From Patescibacteria group bacterium (GTDB lineage Bacteria > Patescibacteriota > Patescibacteriia > PEXW01), in the NCBI GenBank assembly GCA_041665345.1, contig JBAYJA010000001.1:521206-585205 (forward strand): a stretch of DNA of 64,000 nt. The letters are read 5' to 3'. The notes beneath the pieces are model-generated. The model did no database searches. It was not told the DNA's origin and saw nothing but the letters and a program-made list of their open reading frames with translations. Positions 48,285 through 58,708 of this stretch are shown piece by piece; positions within the stretch are counted from its first letter, which is position 1; each line of letters begins with the position of its first letter. The translations under genes were made by a program, and so were the position numbers.

Positions 48285-49012
48285 ATGACACATTAACGAA
48301 TTGGGTGAAGACCGCGAAACAGGCCGGCATGTCCGAGGTTAATATCATTACACAACTAAAGGGGCAAGGCTGGCGCTTAAATGATATTCAACCGGTATTG
48401 CAGACCGTGGCAGACGGAGAACGTGTCGCTACAAAGGAGTTGGTAACATTTTCTTTACCTCCGGAACCATTTTTAGGGTACTGGGTAGGTGCAGGAACTT
48501 TGTTCATTGGGATGCTTATTGTTACCGGGATTGGACTACAATTTGTCCCCAGTGACCAAGATGCACCGTTGTCAGATGTTTTTGTAAGCTGGTCTGGTCT
48601 AGCAATTATTTTTCTTCTATTTTTGGCACCGGCACTCTTCTACGTTGTTCATTTTCTGGTTCCGTGGTTCCAAAGCGCGCGTTACCACCGAACCCTTACT
48701 TTTTCGCAGACTGGCGTGAGTATGCAATTTCATGGGGGGAGGAAAGATACATATATACCCTGGGAAAAAGTTGATCATTACTCAGTAATCACTCCAAAAG
48801 CATTAGATTCTCTGGTCAAAAAAATAAACCACAGTCTTGGTACCGTCGATATTCATTTACACCAAAAATCGGCGAAGAAGTCAGTTTTTGCTGGGGCAGG
48901 CGGCACCACTTTTTTTGGCGATGATCTAAAGTACGTCCTGGAGATTCCAGCTGAAAAACAAAAAGACGTTAAGACGTTCATGAGTGCGAAGAATATTTCT
49001 TTAGAAATGTAA
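48281..49012 (+). CDS. Membrane protein, two TM helices
   Basis: Helical N-terminus (..AGMS..I...L..QGW), two TMs, beta-rich C-terminus. Confidence 0.7.
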   Translation: MNDTLTNWVKTAKQAGMSEVNIITQLKGQGWRLNDIQPVLQTVADGERVATKELVTFSLPPEPFLGYWVGAGTLFIGMLIVTGIGLQFVPSDQDAPLSDVFVSWSGLAIIFLLFLAPALFYVVHFLVPWFQSARYHRTLTFSQTGVSMQFHGGRKDTYIPWEKVDHYSVITPKALDSLVKKINHSLGTVDIHLHQKSAKKSVFAGAGGTTFFGDDLKYVLEIPAEKQKDVKTFMSAKNISLEM

Positions 49013-49033
49013 AGTTCGTTCCATCGTATCCAT

Positions 49034-49819
49034 ATGCGAAAACTCTATCTTCTCCTCAGCGTCAGCCTTCTCCTCCTCATAGGTGCAGCCTGCACCAAGC
49101 AAGTTGCAACGACCCAGAACCAGAATAGTTCTGCTTTGGTGAATACTGCGCAAACAAATGAAAATCCGCACAGCGCAAACGCCAATGCACAGGTTGTTTC
49201 TGACACGCATTTTTTGACTGCTGATGTTTTACCCGTAAATTTGGTCGGGCAAATTTCCAAGTTTCGGTCTGGCTCCGGGCATGATTTCAACGACGGAACC
49301 GAAACTTGTCGGAGCATGAAACACTACCTTGACCCAAAGACCCGGCAGCTACTCACACCCGACGAGCTATTGAATGAGAAGTACCCAGCCACGGTTCCGG
49401 TTTACAGTCCAACCACTGGAACTATCCGGGAAATCCAAACTGAGCAATTCCCTTTGGGTAAGCAGATCCACATTGCACCCGGCATGGCCTCAGACTATAA
49501 CATTCGACTTTTTCATATTTACCCTTTGGCCACGCTGAAGGTGGGGGATAATGTAGCTGCCGGTCAGCAAATTGGGACTATTAAAGCAGTGCAAGGTTTT
49601 GACATTGCGGTGGAGAAGTTTGGCGCTCAACGTCCTTCGCTTCTCTCGATGTTCGAGGTGATGAATGAGCAGCAACTCGCAGCATGGGCAGCACGGGGTG
49701 TCACCCCAGCAAATGCAATTATCTCTAAAGCCGCCCGGGATGCAGACTCTCTAACCTGCAATGGCGAAGCTTTTACGACAAGCCAAGAGAATGCCAAGGA
49801 TTGGGTGAAGTTGAAGTAG
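49034..49819 (+). CDS. Lipoprotein with degenerate M23-like domain
   Basis: IGAAC lipobox; VPVYSPTTGTI, RLFHI, LKVGDNVAAGQQIG. Confidence 0.72.
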   Translation: MRKLYLLLSVSLLLLIGAACTKQVATTQNQNSSALVNTAQTNENPHSANANAQVVSDTHFLTADVLPVNLVGQISKFRSGSGHDFNDGTETCRSMKHYLDPKTRQLLTPDELLNEKYPATVPVYSPTTGTIREIQTEQFPLGKQIHIAPGMASDYNIRLFHIYPLATLKVGDNVAAGQQIGTIKAVQGFDIAVEKFGAQRPSLLSMFEVMNEQQLAAWAARGVTPANAIISKAARDADSLTCNGEAFTTSQENAKDWVKLK

Positions 49820-49877
49820 ACTGATTTACTACGAAAGTTTGAGTTGAAACGCCTACACCATTGACAATGGAAAAGCC

Positions 49878-49914
49878 AAAAAAAACGGACAACCATAGTG
49901 GTGTCCGTTTTTTT
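49878..49914. terminator. Bidirectional intrinsic terminator
   Basis: AAAAAAACGGACA...TGTCCGTTTTTTT. Confidence 0.75.
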
Positions 49915-49939
49915 ACAAGGAGCCTGTAGAAGACCGGTA

Positions 49940-50632
49940 TTAGTCGTCAGAGCGACCAAAAATCCGGAGGAGGTGCAAAAAGAGATTCACAATGTCCAGG
50001 TAGATTGCAACTGAAACGTCTACAGCGTTATCAAGTGTGTAATCTAGCTCCAACGCGCGATTCCAGTCGAACATGATGTAACAGGTGAAGAGTATGGCAC
50101 CACCGTAATCAAGGATACTTACCCACCAGGGGACGGCTGCGGTGACATCGACAATTGGGGCAAAGAAGACTTCGAGGAGACGTCCTGCGAGTAGGACCAG
50201 TAAACCCGCAAAAAGGTACTTACTCCAATGCTGAAGCGAGCCTGGGTAGATGATGCCAATGATCGACATAATCGTCGAAACGCCGATTGTCATCAACAAG
50301 GCATTGATGACCACATCTGTTTTATAGAGAGCAACCGTAGGTCCACAGAGTGCCCCAAGCGGAATGACTACCATTAGGTAGCCAAGGAAGGAAATCACCC
50401 AGTTACGGCTGTTGACTGAAATGATTATTCCGGCAATGGGAATCCCGAGGCCGATGACAATAGCCATCAACCAGTGTGGTTGCCATGCCAAGCACTGATA
50501 CGCCATCAACGCGGACGCGATGAGTCCCAATAAGGTAAAGAATGTCACCGCAAAGATGTACGTCCGCTCCGACATACTGGGTGTTTGAGCCCGGGACCAG
50601 CCACGATCCCAAACCGAATCAGATAATCCCAT
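49940..50632 (-). CDS. Bax inhibitor-1/YccA family membrane protein
   Basis: About 7 TMs, YIMFDWNR, AIYLDIVNLFLHLLRIFG. Confidence 0.88.
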   Translation of the reverse strand: MGLSDSVWDRGWSRAQTPSMSERTYIFAVTFFTLLGLIASALMAYQCLAWQPHWLMAIVIGLGIPIAGIIISVNSRNWVISFLGYLMVVIPLGALCGPTVALYKTDVVINALLMTIGVSTIMSIIGIIYPGSLQHWSKYLFAGLLVLLAGRLLEVFFAPIVDVTAAVPWWVSILDYGGAILFTCYIMFDWNRALELDYTLDNAVDVSVAIYLDIVNLFLHLLRIFGRSDD

Positions 50633-50823
50633 ACTTTCTCCTCTCACTTTCTGTCCTCAAGTTATTCTACTGTCAAAGAGTTTGCTCATTACTGTAGCGC
50701 TATTTCAACACTTTGTCAAGTCCTTGTGCGCTTCCATGAAAAATATAAAGGATTTGATGAAGTAGGCGGTATTTATGCAAAATGAAAAAGCGGGAAGATT
50801 TCTCTTCCCGCTTGTATGTACAA

Positions 50824-52203
50824 TTAGAACTTTCGCCCAGCGCCGCCACCGCCAAAGCGACCGCCACCGGGTTTGTACCCAGCGCCGCCACCAGACCGGG
50901 AACCGCCAAACGAGCTCGTTCGTCGGGTTTGATTCAGACTGGTGTACGTTTGCCGTGGATGCAAATCATCTTCGGCATAGCTCAGGGCGCTGCCCATAAG
51001 CTGTGTTGCATCCCTCAGGTGCTTGCTGACCTCCAACCAGTCAATTGGCGTCTCCGCAATCGATGCCTTAGCTGCTTGTAACGATTTTTCGGCACTCGAA
51101 AGTTTGGCCTTGGCTTCCTTTCCAACTTTCTCGTCGGCAACGGTTTTGCTCGCTATTGCAAGTGCATTTGTGAGTTTCTGTAGTTCTTCTGGAACTGTTT
51201 GCTGTGCGTGACGTAAATCCGCCAACCGAGCTGAGATTGCGAGAACAGATGCCTCAGCTTGGTTCGCCAGTATCAGCGCTTCTGCTGCAGCTGATGCAGC
51301 TTCGATTATGTCGTCTCGTTTTTCAGACTTCAGTAGCGTCGTTGCACGTTGCATGTGCTGCTCTGCTTTCGTGTGGAGTTTGGCAACGACGCTTGCGAAA
51401 CCTGTCAGTGCGTTCCAGTTTACTGGCGGGTAGTTTTCTCGCAGATGCTGGAGAAGTTTTTCCTTTTCTGGAATTCCTTCTGTTGCACGAGCAAAGGTTT
51501 GTTTTACATTTCCTAAGCTCTTCTGCGCATCTTGCCGAGTTCGTTGCAAAAAGCGTTTGCGTTGAATTGGGATGTAAATAATTGCCGTAATCCCCCCAAT
51601 GACCATAAGACCCAGAAGAACCATCAGGAAACCTTGTAGCAATGCCGCCGTCTCCTGCTTCTCTCGCTGTTGTACTTGCGTGTTGTATGCAAGGCGCTGT
51701 TCCCACGATTTTTCTCCTAGAGTGCGTTGTACGGCTTGCACCCCAGCCAGCAGTGCTTCAGCGTAGTGTTCCTGCTTCAACAAACCCATCATGTCTTGAT
51801 CAATGATATGACCGCAAGCAATGTCCGGTAACTCATTTTCAATGCCGTAACCGGTATGGAAACGTACTTCCCGAGCATCAGGATCTACGGTGAGATGGAG
51901 AATGATGCCATTATCCAAACCTTGCTTTCCTGGCTTCCATACATCACCCAGCTTTTGGGTAAATGTAAACATGTCGTATCCACCAAGATTGGCAGTCGTC
52001 ACCACCACGATTTCAATGCTGGTTGTGGTGTCGTAGGATTTCAGAATACTGTTCAAATGCGCACGCTGCGCATTGGAAAAAACACCAGCGTGGTCCTGTA
52101 CGTACTCCCACTTTTCGTTGAAGACTGGGACTTCTTGCCCAAACCCAACGGTAATCATACTGGCAATAACCAGTGCTAGCCCAAGGAAAAATACTCGTCG
52201 CAT
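50824..52203 (-). CDS. TPM-domain protein with cytoplasmic coiled coil and Gly-rich tail
   Basis: VQDHAGVFS, DNGIIL, TGYGIENELPD, GGGRFGGGGAG. Confidence 0.85.
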   Translation of the reverse strand: MRRVFFLGLALVIASMITVGFGQEVPVFNEKWEYVQDHAGVFSNAQRAHLNSILKSYDTTTSIEIVVVTTANLGGYDMFTFTQKLGDVWKPGKQGLDNGIILHLTVDPDAREVRFHTGYGIENELPDIACGHIIDQDMMGLLKQEHYAEALLAGVQAVQRTLGEKSWEQRLAYNTQVQQREKQETAALLQGFLMVLLGLMVIGGITAIIYIPIQRKRFLQRTRQDAQKSLGNVKQTFARATEGIPEKEKLLQHLRENYPPVNWNALTGFASVVAKLHTKAEQHMQRATTLLKSEKRDDIIEAASAAAEALILANQAEASVLAISARLADLRHAQQTVPEELQKLTNALAIASKTVADEKVGKEAKAKLSSAEKSLQAAKASIAETPIDWLEVSKHLRDATQLMGSALSYAEDDLHPRQTYTSLNQTRRTSSFGGSRSGGGAGYKPGGGRFGGGGAGRKF

Positions 52204-52320
52204 CTCGCTTCCTCCTGTTCGGTGATATTGTATTGTTAATGAACACCTGAAACTACCTCATAAAACCTACTTTGTCAAGGTGTAACCATACTTCAGTTTT
52301 TTCCTCTATACTCAACTCCT

Positions 52321-52818
52321 ATGCGCATTCCCACCCGTAAACCCGGTAAGTACGCTGACCTCTTCCGCGATCCTCACATGACGCAGGAGAAATTTGATGA
52401 ACTCAGCGCACTCCTGGCTCGTCTAAAGAAAGCTAGGCCAGAAGCAGCGGCTGAAGTGAAACGTCTAGCCGAGATGGGGGACTTTTCCGAAAACGCGGCA
52501 TACCAACTCGCCAAAGGCCGGTTGCGTGGGTTGAACCAAAAGCTCATGGAAACTGAGGATCATCTCAAACATGCGAAAATCATCTCCACGGCAAAAGGTA
52601 ACGGCGTTGTGCAGCTAGGAAGTACAGTAACCGTGAACCAGGCTGGGAAGCAGCAGACGTACCGGATTCTTGGGCCAACCGAGACAAATCCTAGCAAAGG
52701 GATTATTTCGCATGTGTCACCGTTGGGTGCAGCATTACAAGGCAAGAAAGTAGGGGATACAGTGCAAATGAATATTGGATCGGACACTGTTCGCATTACC
52801 ATCATCAGCGTGGCTTGA
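52321..52818 (+). CDS. greA: Transcription elongation factor GreA/GreB family
   Basis: GDFSENAAY, VQLGSTV, ISHVSPLGAAL.GKKVGD. Confidence 0.88.
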   Translation: MRIPTRKPGKYADLFRDPHMTQEKFDELSALLARLKKARPEAAAEVKRLAEMGDFSENAAYQLAKGRLRGLNQKLMETEDHLKHAKIISTAKGNGVVQLGSTVTVNQAGKQQTYRILGPTETNPSKGIISHVSPLGAALQGKKVGDTVQMNIGSDTVRITIISVA

Positions 52819-52846
52819 CACTGTATTATAATAAGATTATAATACA
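52815..52846 (+). promoter_or_regulatory. Consensus promoter with overlapping palindromic operator of the TA operon
   Basis: TTGACA-17-TATAAT; TGTATTATAAT-AAG-ATTATAATACA perfect 11-bp inverted repeat. Confidence 0.85.
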
Positions 52847-52852
52847 TCTACT

Positions 52853-53092
52853 ATGACCCAAAAAGTCCTAAAAGTTGGCGATTCCGCGGCGGTGACTATT
52901 TCAAAGGAATCACTGAAAAACCTTGGCTGGAAGGTTGGTTCACGCGTAAATGTTACCGTTGACCCACTGAAGCAAATAGTAAAGATAGTCCCGGAAAAGC
53001 GTCAGAATGCTGATGAAGACAAGATCGCAAAATTGACGATGCGTTTTATTGAGCGTTATCGTTCAGACTTGTTAGCCCTAGCAAAACAGTAA
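52853..53092 (+). CDS. AbrB/MazE-fold antitoxin
   Basis: QKVLKVGDSAAVTISK; coupled to the Doc gene. Confidence 0.85.
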   Translation: MTQKVLKVGDSAAVTISKESLKNLGWKVGSRVNVTVDPLKQIVKIVPEKRQNADEDKIAKLTMRFIERYRSDLLALAKQ

Positions 53093-53481
53093 TGCGATAC
53101 CTTAAAGTTGAGCATCTCTTGAAGATGCACTCATTTGTAGTAGACGAAACTGGTGGCGCTCATGGTCTTCGTGATCGTGGGCGCTTAGAAAGTGCAACAA
53201 CCCGACCGCAACAGAGTGTGTTTGGAAAAGAATTATTCCCAACAATTTTTCAAAAGGCGGCTGCGTATGCACACGCAATAATTTTTGACCATCCATTTGT
53301 AGATGGAAACAAACGAACAGCTATGACTGCAGCGCTCGTTTTCCTTGAAGACAATGGTTTTCGCTGTGTTACAAAAGAAGGTGAAATTCATGCATTCGCT
53401 TTACGGATTGTCCGTGAGAAAATGGAAATTCCTTCAATTGCAATCTGGCTGCAAAAACATACTGAGCAAATAAGAAACTGA
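53092..53481 (+). CDS. doc: Doc/Fic-family toxin
   Basis: GLRD, HPFVDGNKRTA. Confidence 0.9.
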   Translation: MRYLKVEHLLKMHSFVVDETGGAHGLRDRGRLESATTRPQQSVFGKELFPTIFQKAAAYAHAIIFDHPFVDGNKRTAMTAALVFLEDNGFRCVTKEGEIHAFALRIVREKMEIPSIAIWLQKHTEQIRN

Positions 53482-53486
53482 ACCCC

Positions 53487-54959
53487 ATGACACATGATTC
53501 CGTTGTTCTCCGTTTTTCCGACGTCAGCTTTGAGTACGAACGCAGCCACAAAAAGTTGCTGGACGACGTGTCTTTTTCTGTACGCACGGGCAGCCGCATC
53601 ACGCTCATGGGCCAGAATGGCGCAGGGAAGAGTACTATTTTTAAACTCATTACCGGGGAAGCTGAACCAACCGAAGGCCAGGTCTTCCGAACGCCAAGCA
53701 ATGCTACTGTTGCCATTGCCCGGCAAGTGATGCCCAAGGACATGCTGGGGCTGAGTATCCGGGACTACTTTGCCACAGCTTTCACGGAGGTCGAATACAG
53801 TCTGGATAAGCTTATTAAAGATGTCTTTGCAATTGTTCACCTAGATGTACCAATCACCAAACTGGTGAAGGAACTTTCTGGCGGGCAACAAGCGAGGTTA
53901 CTGCTCGCACATGCACTCATTCAGAAGCCTGACATTCTGTTGCTGGATGAGCCCACGAACAATTTGGACCAGCATGGGATTGACCACCTCACCAGCTTCC
54001 TGGTGATGTATGAGAAAACCTGCCTGGTCATTTCGCACGATGCTGACTTCCTGAATGCATTTTCCGACGGGGTGCTGTACTTGGACGTGCACACGCAGAA
54101 GGTGGAGCAGTACACGGGGAACTACACAGATGTGGTAGAGGAGATTAGCCAGCGGATTGAACGTGAAAATTTACTCAATGCTCGTATGCAGCGCCAGGTG
54201 AAGGAGAAGCGGGCGCAGGCTGAAGTCTTTGCCCACAAAGGCGGCAAACTCCGGTTCGTAGCCAAGCGCATGCGGCAAGCAGCAGAGTCTGCCGAAGAAA
54301 GTATTGTCAGCGTTCGCCAAGAGGATAAAGCTATTCGACCTTTTACCATTCTCTGCCAAAACTTTGACAGCCACTTCCATGGGAAAATTGTGCAGCTCCA
54401 TGCTGTGGGCGCCATGTACAACCACAAAGTGGCAATCAAGAAATTTGATCTGGATATTCGGAAAAATACCCACATTGTGCTTGCGGGTCCAAATGGCATT
54501 GGGAAGAGCACGTTGCTGGCCGTGCTCGCCGCAGGCTCGTCCGACTATGCCACCATTGCCCCAGAGGTTGTGGTTGGGTACTACCAGCAGGACTTTGGGA
54601 ACTTGGATGGTGAGCAAATTGCGTACGACGCTTTGGTGGAAGTCATGGCCGAACGAGATGAGCACAAGCTGCGCTCCACAGCCGCTGGGTTTCTGCTGGA
54701 CGGAGCTATTCTCTCCCGCAAAATTGAAGCGCTATCCGAAGGGCAGAAGGCGCTACTCTCGTACAGCCGTCTAGTTTTGCAAAAACCTGGACTACTCATT
54801 TTAGATGAGCCAACCAACCATGTGAATTTCCGCCATTTGCCTGTCCTGGCTGACGCACTGGATCAGTACCAAGGAGCAATGATTATGGTTTCGCACATTC
54901 CAGAGTTTGTGCAGCAAATCCGCGTGGATACGGTTATTGACCTCGCAGCGATACGGTAA
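53487..54959 (+). CDS. ABC-F family ATPase
   Basis: Two ABC domains (GQNGAGKST/LSGGQ/DEPTN; GPNGIGKST/LSEGQ/DEPTNH), no TM. Confidence 0.93.
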   Translation: MTHDSVVLRFSDVSFEYERSHKKLLDDVSFSVRTGSRITLMGQNGAGKSTIFKLITGEAEPTEGQVFRTPSNATVAIARQVMPKDMLGLSIRDYFATAFTEVEYSLDKLIKDVFAIVHLDVPITKLVKELSGGQQARLLLAHALIQKPDILLLDEPTNNLDQHGIDHLTSFLVMYEKTCLVISHDADFLNAFSDGVLYLDVHTQKVEQYTGNYTDVVEEISQRIERENLLNARMQRQVKEKRAQAEVFAHKGGKLRFVAKRMRQAAESAEESIVSVRQEDKAIRPFTILCQNFDSHFHGKIVQLHAVGAMYNHKVAIKKFDLDIRKNTHIVLAGPNGIGKSTLLAVLAAGSSDYATIAPEVVVGYYQQDFGNLDGEQIAYDALVEVMAERDEHKLRSTAAGFLLDGAILSRKIEALSEGQKALLSYSRLVLQKPGLLILDEPTNHVNFRHLPVLADALDQYQGAMIMVSHIPEFVQQIRVDTVIDLAAIR

Positions 54960-56194
54960 TGTCGGTGTACGACCTTTTGGTCATTGGTGGTGGCGCAGCG
55001 GGGATGATGGCCGCAGGCAGGGCTGCCGAGCGTGGGAAACGTGTACTCCTCCTTGAGAAGAATGCACAGCTTGGTGCAAAGCTCGCTATAACCGGTGGTG
55101 GTCGGTGCAACATTACCAACGCAGAAGAGAACCAGCGTCTGTTTTTGGCACACTTTGGGAAGGCGGAAAAATTCCTCTACTCGTCCTTTGCCCAATTTGA
55201 CAATCAAGATGCAATGCGGTTTTTCACGGATCAGGGGTTGCCCACTGTGGTCCAAGCCGGTCAGAGAGCATTTCCAAAAACGGAACGCGCTGAGGATGTG
55301 GTTCGTCTGTTCGTCAACTACTTGGCATGCGGAAAAGTGGAGGTGCGGAAGCGAACAACCGTAGAAACCATCCGTATAGTTGATGGAAAAATAGCTGGCG
55401 TTGTGGTGGGGAAAGAACTCATGGTTGCAAAAAATTATCTATTGGCTACAGGCGGACGTTCCCATCCTGAGACTGGTTCAACCGGTGATGGTTTCCGGTG
55501 GCTGGCAAAGTTAGGGCATACCGTAGTACCCCCAACACCAACCATTGTTCCACTCGCTGTCGCTGACACCTGGGTAAAAAACTTAGCTGGTGTCGCATTG
55601 GATGATGTGCACGTAAGCTTTTTCCAAAAAGGGCAGAAGCTATTGCAGTTGAAGGGCCGGATACTCTGCACCCACTTTGGCTTGTCAGGCCCGCTCATTC
55701 TCAACGCTGCGGGCAAGGTGGGGGATATGCTCCGCCAGGGTAAAGTGACCGTGAGTATTGATGTTTTTCCAAAACTGGACTTTGGTAGCCTCGATAAGCA
55801 CATCACCAAAGTTTTTGATCAAAATAAAAACAAAGTGTTGAAAAATGTGCTGCGACTCCTCACGCCAACCGGCACGGCAGCCAGCATCATTACCTTACTT
55901 CCCAGAGTTCTACACGAAAAGAAAATTCATAGTATCTCCCAAGCTGAGCGGAAAGCTCTGGGGCAATTATTGAAGGCTCTGCCCATCACCGTTCAAGGTC
56001 TTATGGGCTATGAATGGGCTGTGGTGGCAGACGGTGGTGTTCCCATTCGTGAGGTGGATGGGAAGACTTTTCGATCTCGGAAATACGACAATCTTTTCAT
56101 TACTGGCGACCTACTGCACATTACCCGGCCTTCAGGCGGGTACTCTTTACAACTGTGCTGGACCAGTGGGTACGTAGCCGGAAATCATACCTAG
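54959..56194 (+). CDS. HI0933/YhiN-family flavoprotein
   Basis: GGGAAG, TGGGRCNITN, ATGG..HPETGSTGDG, THFGLSGP, GGYSLQ. Confidence 0.92.
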   Translation: MSVYDLLVIGGGAAGMMAAGRAAERGKRVLLLEKNAQLGAKLAITGGGRCNITNAEENQRLFLAHFGKAEKFLYSSFAQFDNQDAMRFFTDQGLPTVVQAGQRAFPKTERAEDVVRLFVNYLACGKVEVRKRTTVETIRIVDGKIAGVVVGKELMVAKNYLLATGGRSHPETGSTGDGFRWLAKLGHTVVPPTPTIVPLAVADTWVKNLAGVALDDVHVSFFQKGQKLLQLKGRILCTHFGLSGPLILNAAGKVGDMLRQGKVTVSIDVFPKLDFGSLDKHITKVFDQNKNKVLKNVLRLLTPTGTAASIITLLPRVLHEKKIHSISQAERKALGQLLKALPITVQGLMGYEWAVVADGGVPIREVDGKTFRSRKYDNLFITGDLLHITRPSGGYSLQLCWTSGYVAGNHT

Positions 56195-56210
56195 TTGCTA
56201 TACTTGCGCT

Positions 56211-56474
56211 ATGGATACCTTGCAAGCGCAAATTGCAGAAATCCAAGCTAGAAATGCCAGGGTTGAAGCTGACAAAGCTTGGGAGCGAAGTTGGATACGT
56301 CGTGGCTTTATTGCCCTAACGACGTACGTTTTTGCGCTCCTTTGGTTGCTTGTCATTCACAGTGACCGGCCATTCCTCACTGCGCTCATCCCTTCTGTTG
56401 GGTACGTGCTTTCAACCATTTCCCTTCGCTCACTACAGCAAAGGTGGTTGGCACGCAAGAAGCAAGTCGTATGA
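56211..56474 (+). CDS. Conserved small membrane protein
   Basis: RNARVEADKAWERSWIRR plus two TMs. Confidence 0.75.
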   Translation: MDTLQAQIAEIQARNARVEADKAWERSWIRRGFIALTTYVFALLWLLVIHSDRPFLTALIPSVGYVLSTISLRSLQQRWLARKKQVV

Positions 56475-57718
56475 ACCGTCCCCTAATCTTTCTTATCACC
56501 CTCGTTGTAGTTGCTGCAGCCTTTGGGGTAGCACCCAAGGCTGGCAAAGCTGCAACGACAAAGACCTTTACCTTTGCAGCAGATATGTACAGCTTCACCT
56601 ACCCTAGTACGTGGAGCACGAAGCAGGGGAAGAAGGCAGTCACACTTCTTCCACCAGCTGCAAATGTGAAAAAGCTACAGCAGCAAGGGGTTAGCTATAC
56701 CGCAAACGTGCAATTGCTGAATAATGAGAGTAACATCCTCACAGCCGGGTTGCGAGCAACGTTGAAGAAGAGTTGGTCTGGGTTTGTCACAGCGTATGCG
56801 AAAGAGGTGACAAAGAAGAATGGCGCTACCCAAAAGGTTTCAGCATCCAGTCGCTTGGGTTGGCAGGCATCCATCATTACTTTGCAGCGGACAGTTCGTG
56901 GCACCAAGACCACATGGCGTATCACCCTACTCTCACCTGACAAGCAAAGCGTCTTTGCAGTTGCAGAAAAATGGACCAAGCAAAGCAGTAGTCCATTTCC
57001 GGCGACCATCGCCAATGTCGTAAAGACCCTTACCCCATTTGCAAATGTGCAGTGGTCATTCAACGGGCAGCAGTGGCGAGTGAGTGGTGTACCTCCTGCC
57101 TGCCCAAACCCATTGCTCATCCCCTCACCCGTGGACGTAACGCTGGCCACTTCAATGCTCTACCCCGGACAGTACCGGAGCGGGAATTACAAAGCGCACG
57201 GTGGCTTTCGGTTACAGGGCGTTCCAAGTGGGGAAGTGGGTATCTGGGTTCCTCAAGATGCGTTTGTTGTAGACGGGGCCCACTACACTGAAAATGGAGA
57301 TCCACAGTACATGTTTGACCTCCATGCTCCTTGCGGCATACAGTACCGCTTTGATCACCTCCGTACTCTCTCACCAACTTTCGCTACACTGGCTGCGCAA
57401 CTTCCTGCTGGAGGTGCGGGGGATACTCGCACCACAACTTTCAAAAAACCGCTTTTGGTCAAAGCTGGGACGGCAATTGCCACGACTGTTGGTGAACCTG
57501 CCAGTTCAAATATCTTTTTTGACTTTGGGGTCTACGACCTGCGCCAGCAGAATACTGCATCTCGGAATGCTACCTGGACTGCAGAGCACCCTTTGAGTAG
57601 TCAAAGTTGGTACGCGGTTTGCTGGCTCAAGCTGTTGCCAGCAGCAGATTCTGCCTTTGTTCTGGGTTTACCTGCAGCAGACGGGGTGAGTGGGGATAGT
57701 AGTGATTACTGCAATTAA
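56471..57718 (+). CDS. Secreted protein with C-terminal degenerate M23-like domain
   Basis: Signal peptide; YKAHGGFR, YRFDHL, VKAGTAIATTVG, FDFGVYD. Confidence 0.65.
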   Translation: MNRPLIFLITLVVVAAAFGVAPKAGKAATTKTFTFAADMYSFTYPSTWSTKQGKKAVTLLPPAANVKKLQQQGVSYTANVQLLNNESNILTAGLRATLKKSWSGFVTAYAKEVTKKNGATQKVSASSRLGWQASIITLQRTVRGTKTTWRITLLSPDKQSVFAVAEKWTKQSSSPFPATIANVVKTLTPFANVQWSFNGQQWRVSGVPPACPNPLLIPSPVDVTLATSMLYPGQYRSGNYKAHGGFRLQGVPSGEVGIWVPQDAFVVDGAHYTENGDPQYMFDLHAPCGIQYRFDHLRTLSPTFATLAAQLPAGGAGDTRTTTFKKPLLVKAGTAIATTVGEPASSNIFFDFGVYDLRQQNTASRNATWTAEHPLSSQSWYAVCWLKLLPAADSAFVLGLPAADGVSGDSSDYCN

Positions 57719-57810
57719 CCGTATGCACCTATGAAAGTGCGTAGGTTTGTCTGCAGTCGTAATCTCGTACTATACTACTGTGAGTTCACTCGCCATAATC
57801 ATACCTTTGT

Positions 57811-58314
57811 ATGACCAACAGTAGCCAAGCAGGTAGTGATGCACTCATTATCGAACGCACTTTTTCTGCACCCGTAGAAAAAGTCTGGCAAGCCTGGTCT
57901 GACCCAGAGCTCGCGAAGAAGTGGTGGGGTGCCAAAGCTTTTACTGCACCTTCTATGACCATTGACTTCCGCGTCGGTGGGAAGTACTTGTTCTGCATGC
58001 GCGGCAAGCCCGCACCTGATGCGCCAGAGCAAGATTTTTGGAGTACTGGCACGTACAAGGAGATTGTGCCCATGCAGAAAATTGTGTGCACCGACAGCTT
58101 TGCAGATGCGCAAGGGAATATTATTTCTGGGAAAGAGTATGGGATGGAAAACTTTCCACTGGAGTTAGAAGCCACAATTACTTTTGAATCACTTGCCGAT
58201 GGTACAACCAAGATGCGCCTGGAGCATGCTGGCATGCCGGCTGGTACTGACAAAGAGCTAACGCAAGTTGGCTGGAACGAATCATTTGATAAGCTTGCGG
58301 CTGCAATCGAATAG
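57811..58314 (+). CDS. SRPBCC/AHSA1 domain protein
   Basis: IERTFSAPVEKVWQAW, DFRVGG, GWNESFDKL. Confidence 0.92.
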   Translation: MTNSSQAGSDALIIERTFSAPVEKVWQAWSDPELAKKWWGAKAFTAPSMTIDFRVGGKYLFCMRGKPAPDAPEQDFWSTGTYKEIVPMQKIVCTDSFADAQGNIISGKEYGMENFPLELEATITFESLADGTTKMRLEHAGMPAGTDKELTQVGWNESFDKLAAAIE

Positions 58315-58317
58315 TCT

Positions 58318-58704
58318 ATGCAATCCACAAAAGTTCCAAAAACTGTCTCCGCGTACATTGCTGCTGCGGCGCCGCAAGCAAGGCCTATGCTACGGCAATT
58401 GCGGAAACTCATCACCTCTTGCGCACCCAAGGCAGTGGAAGGCTTAAGCTACCACATGCCGTACTACAGCTACAAAGGTCGCTTGGTGTACTTTGCTGCC
58501 TTTCGGGATCACTGCAGTCTTTTCCCAGCCAGTGGTTCAGTCACCAAAAATTTTGCCAAAGAGCTAACGAAGTACAAAACGTCTAAAGGGACAATTCAAT
58601 TTCCCTTAGGAAAAGCTATTCCCGCTGGTTTAGTAAAAAAGATTGTGAAGGCGCGGATGCAGGAGAATGAAATACGAAATACGTTTCGGACTGTCAAAGT
58701 GTAG
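58318..58704 (+). CDS. DUF1801/YdhG-like protein
   Basis: LSYHMPYY, FAAFRDHCSLFP, SKGTIQFP. Confidence 0.88.
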   Translation: MQSTKVPKTVSAYIAAAAPQARPMLRQLRKLITSCAPKAVEGLSYHMPYYSYKGRLVYFAAFRDHCSLFPASGSVTKNFAKELTKYKTSKGTIQFPLGKAIPAGLVKKIVKARMQENEIRNTFRTVKV

Positions 58705-58708
58705 AAAA

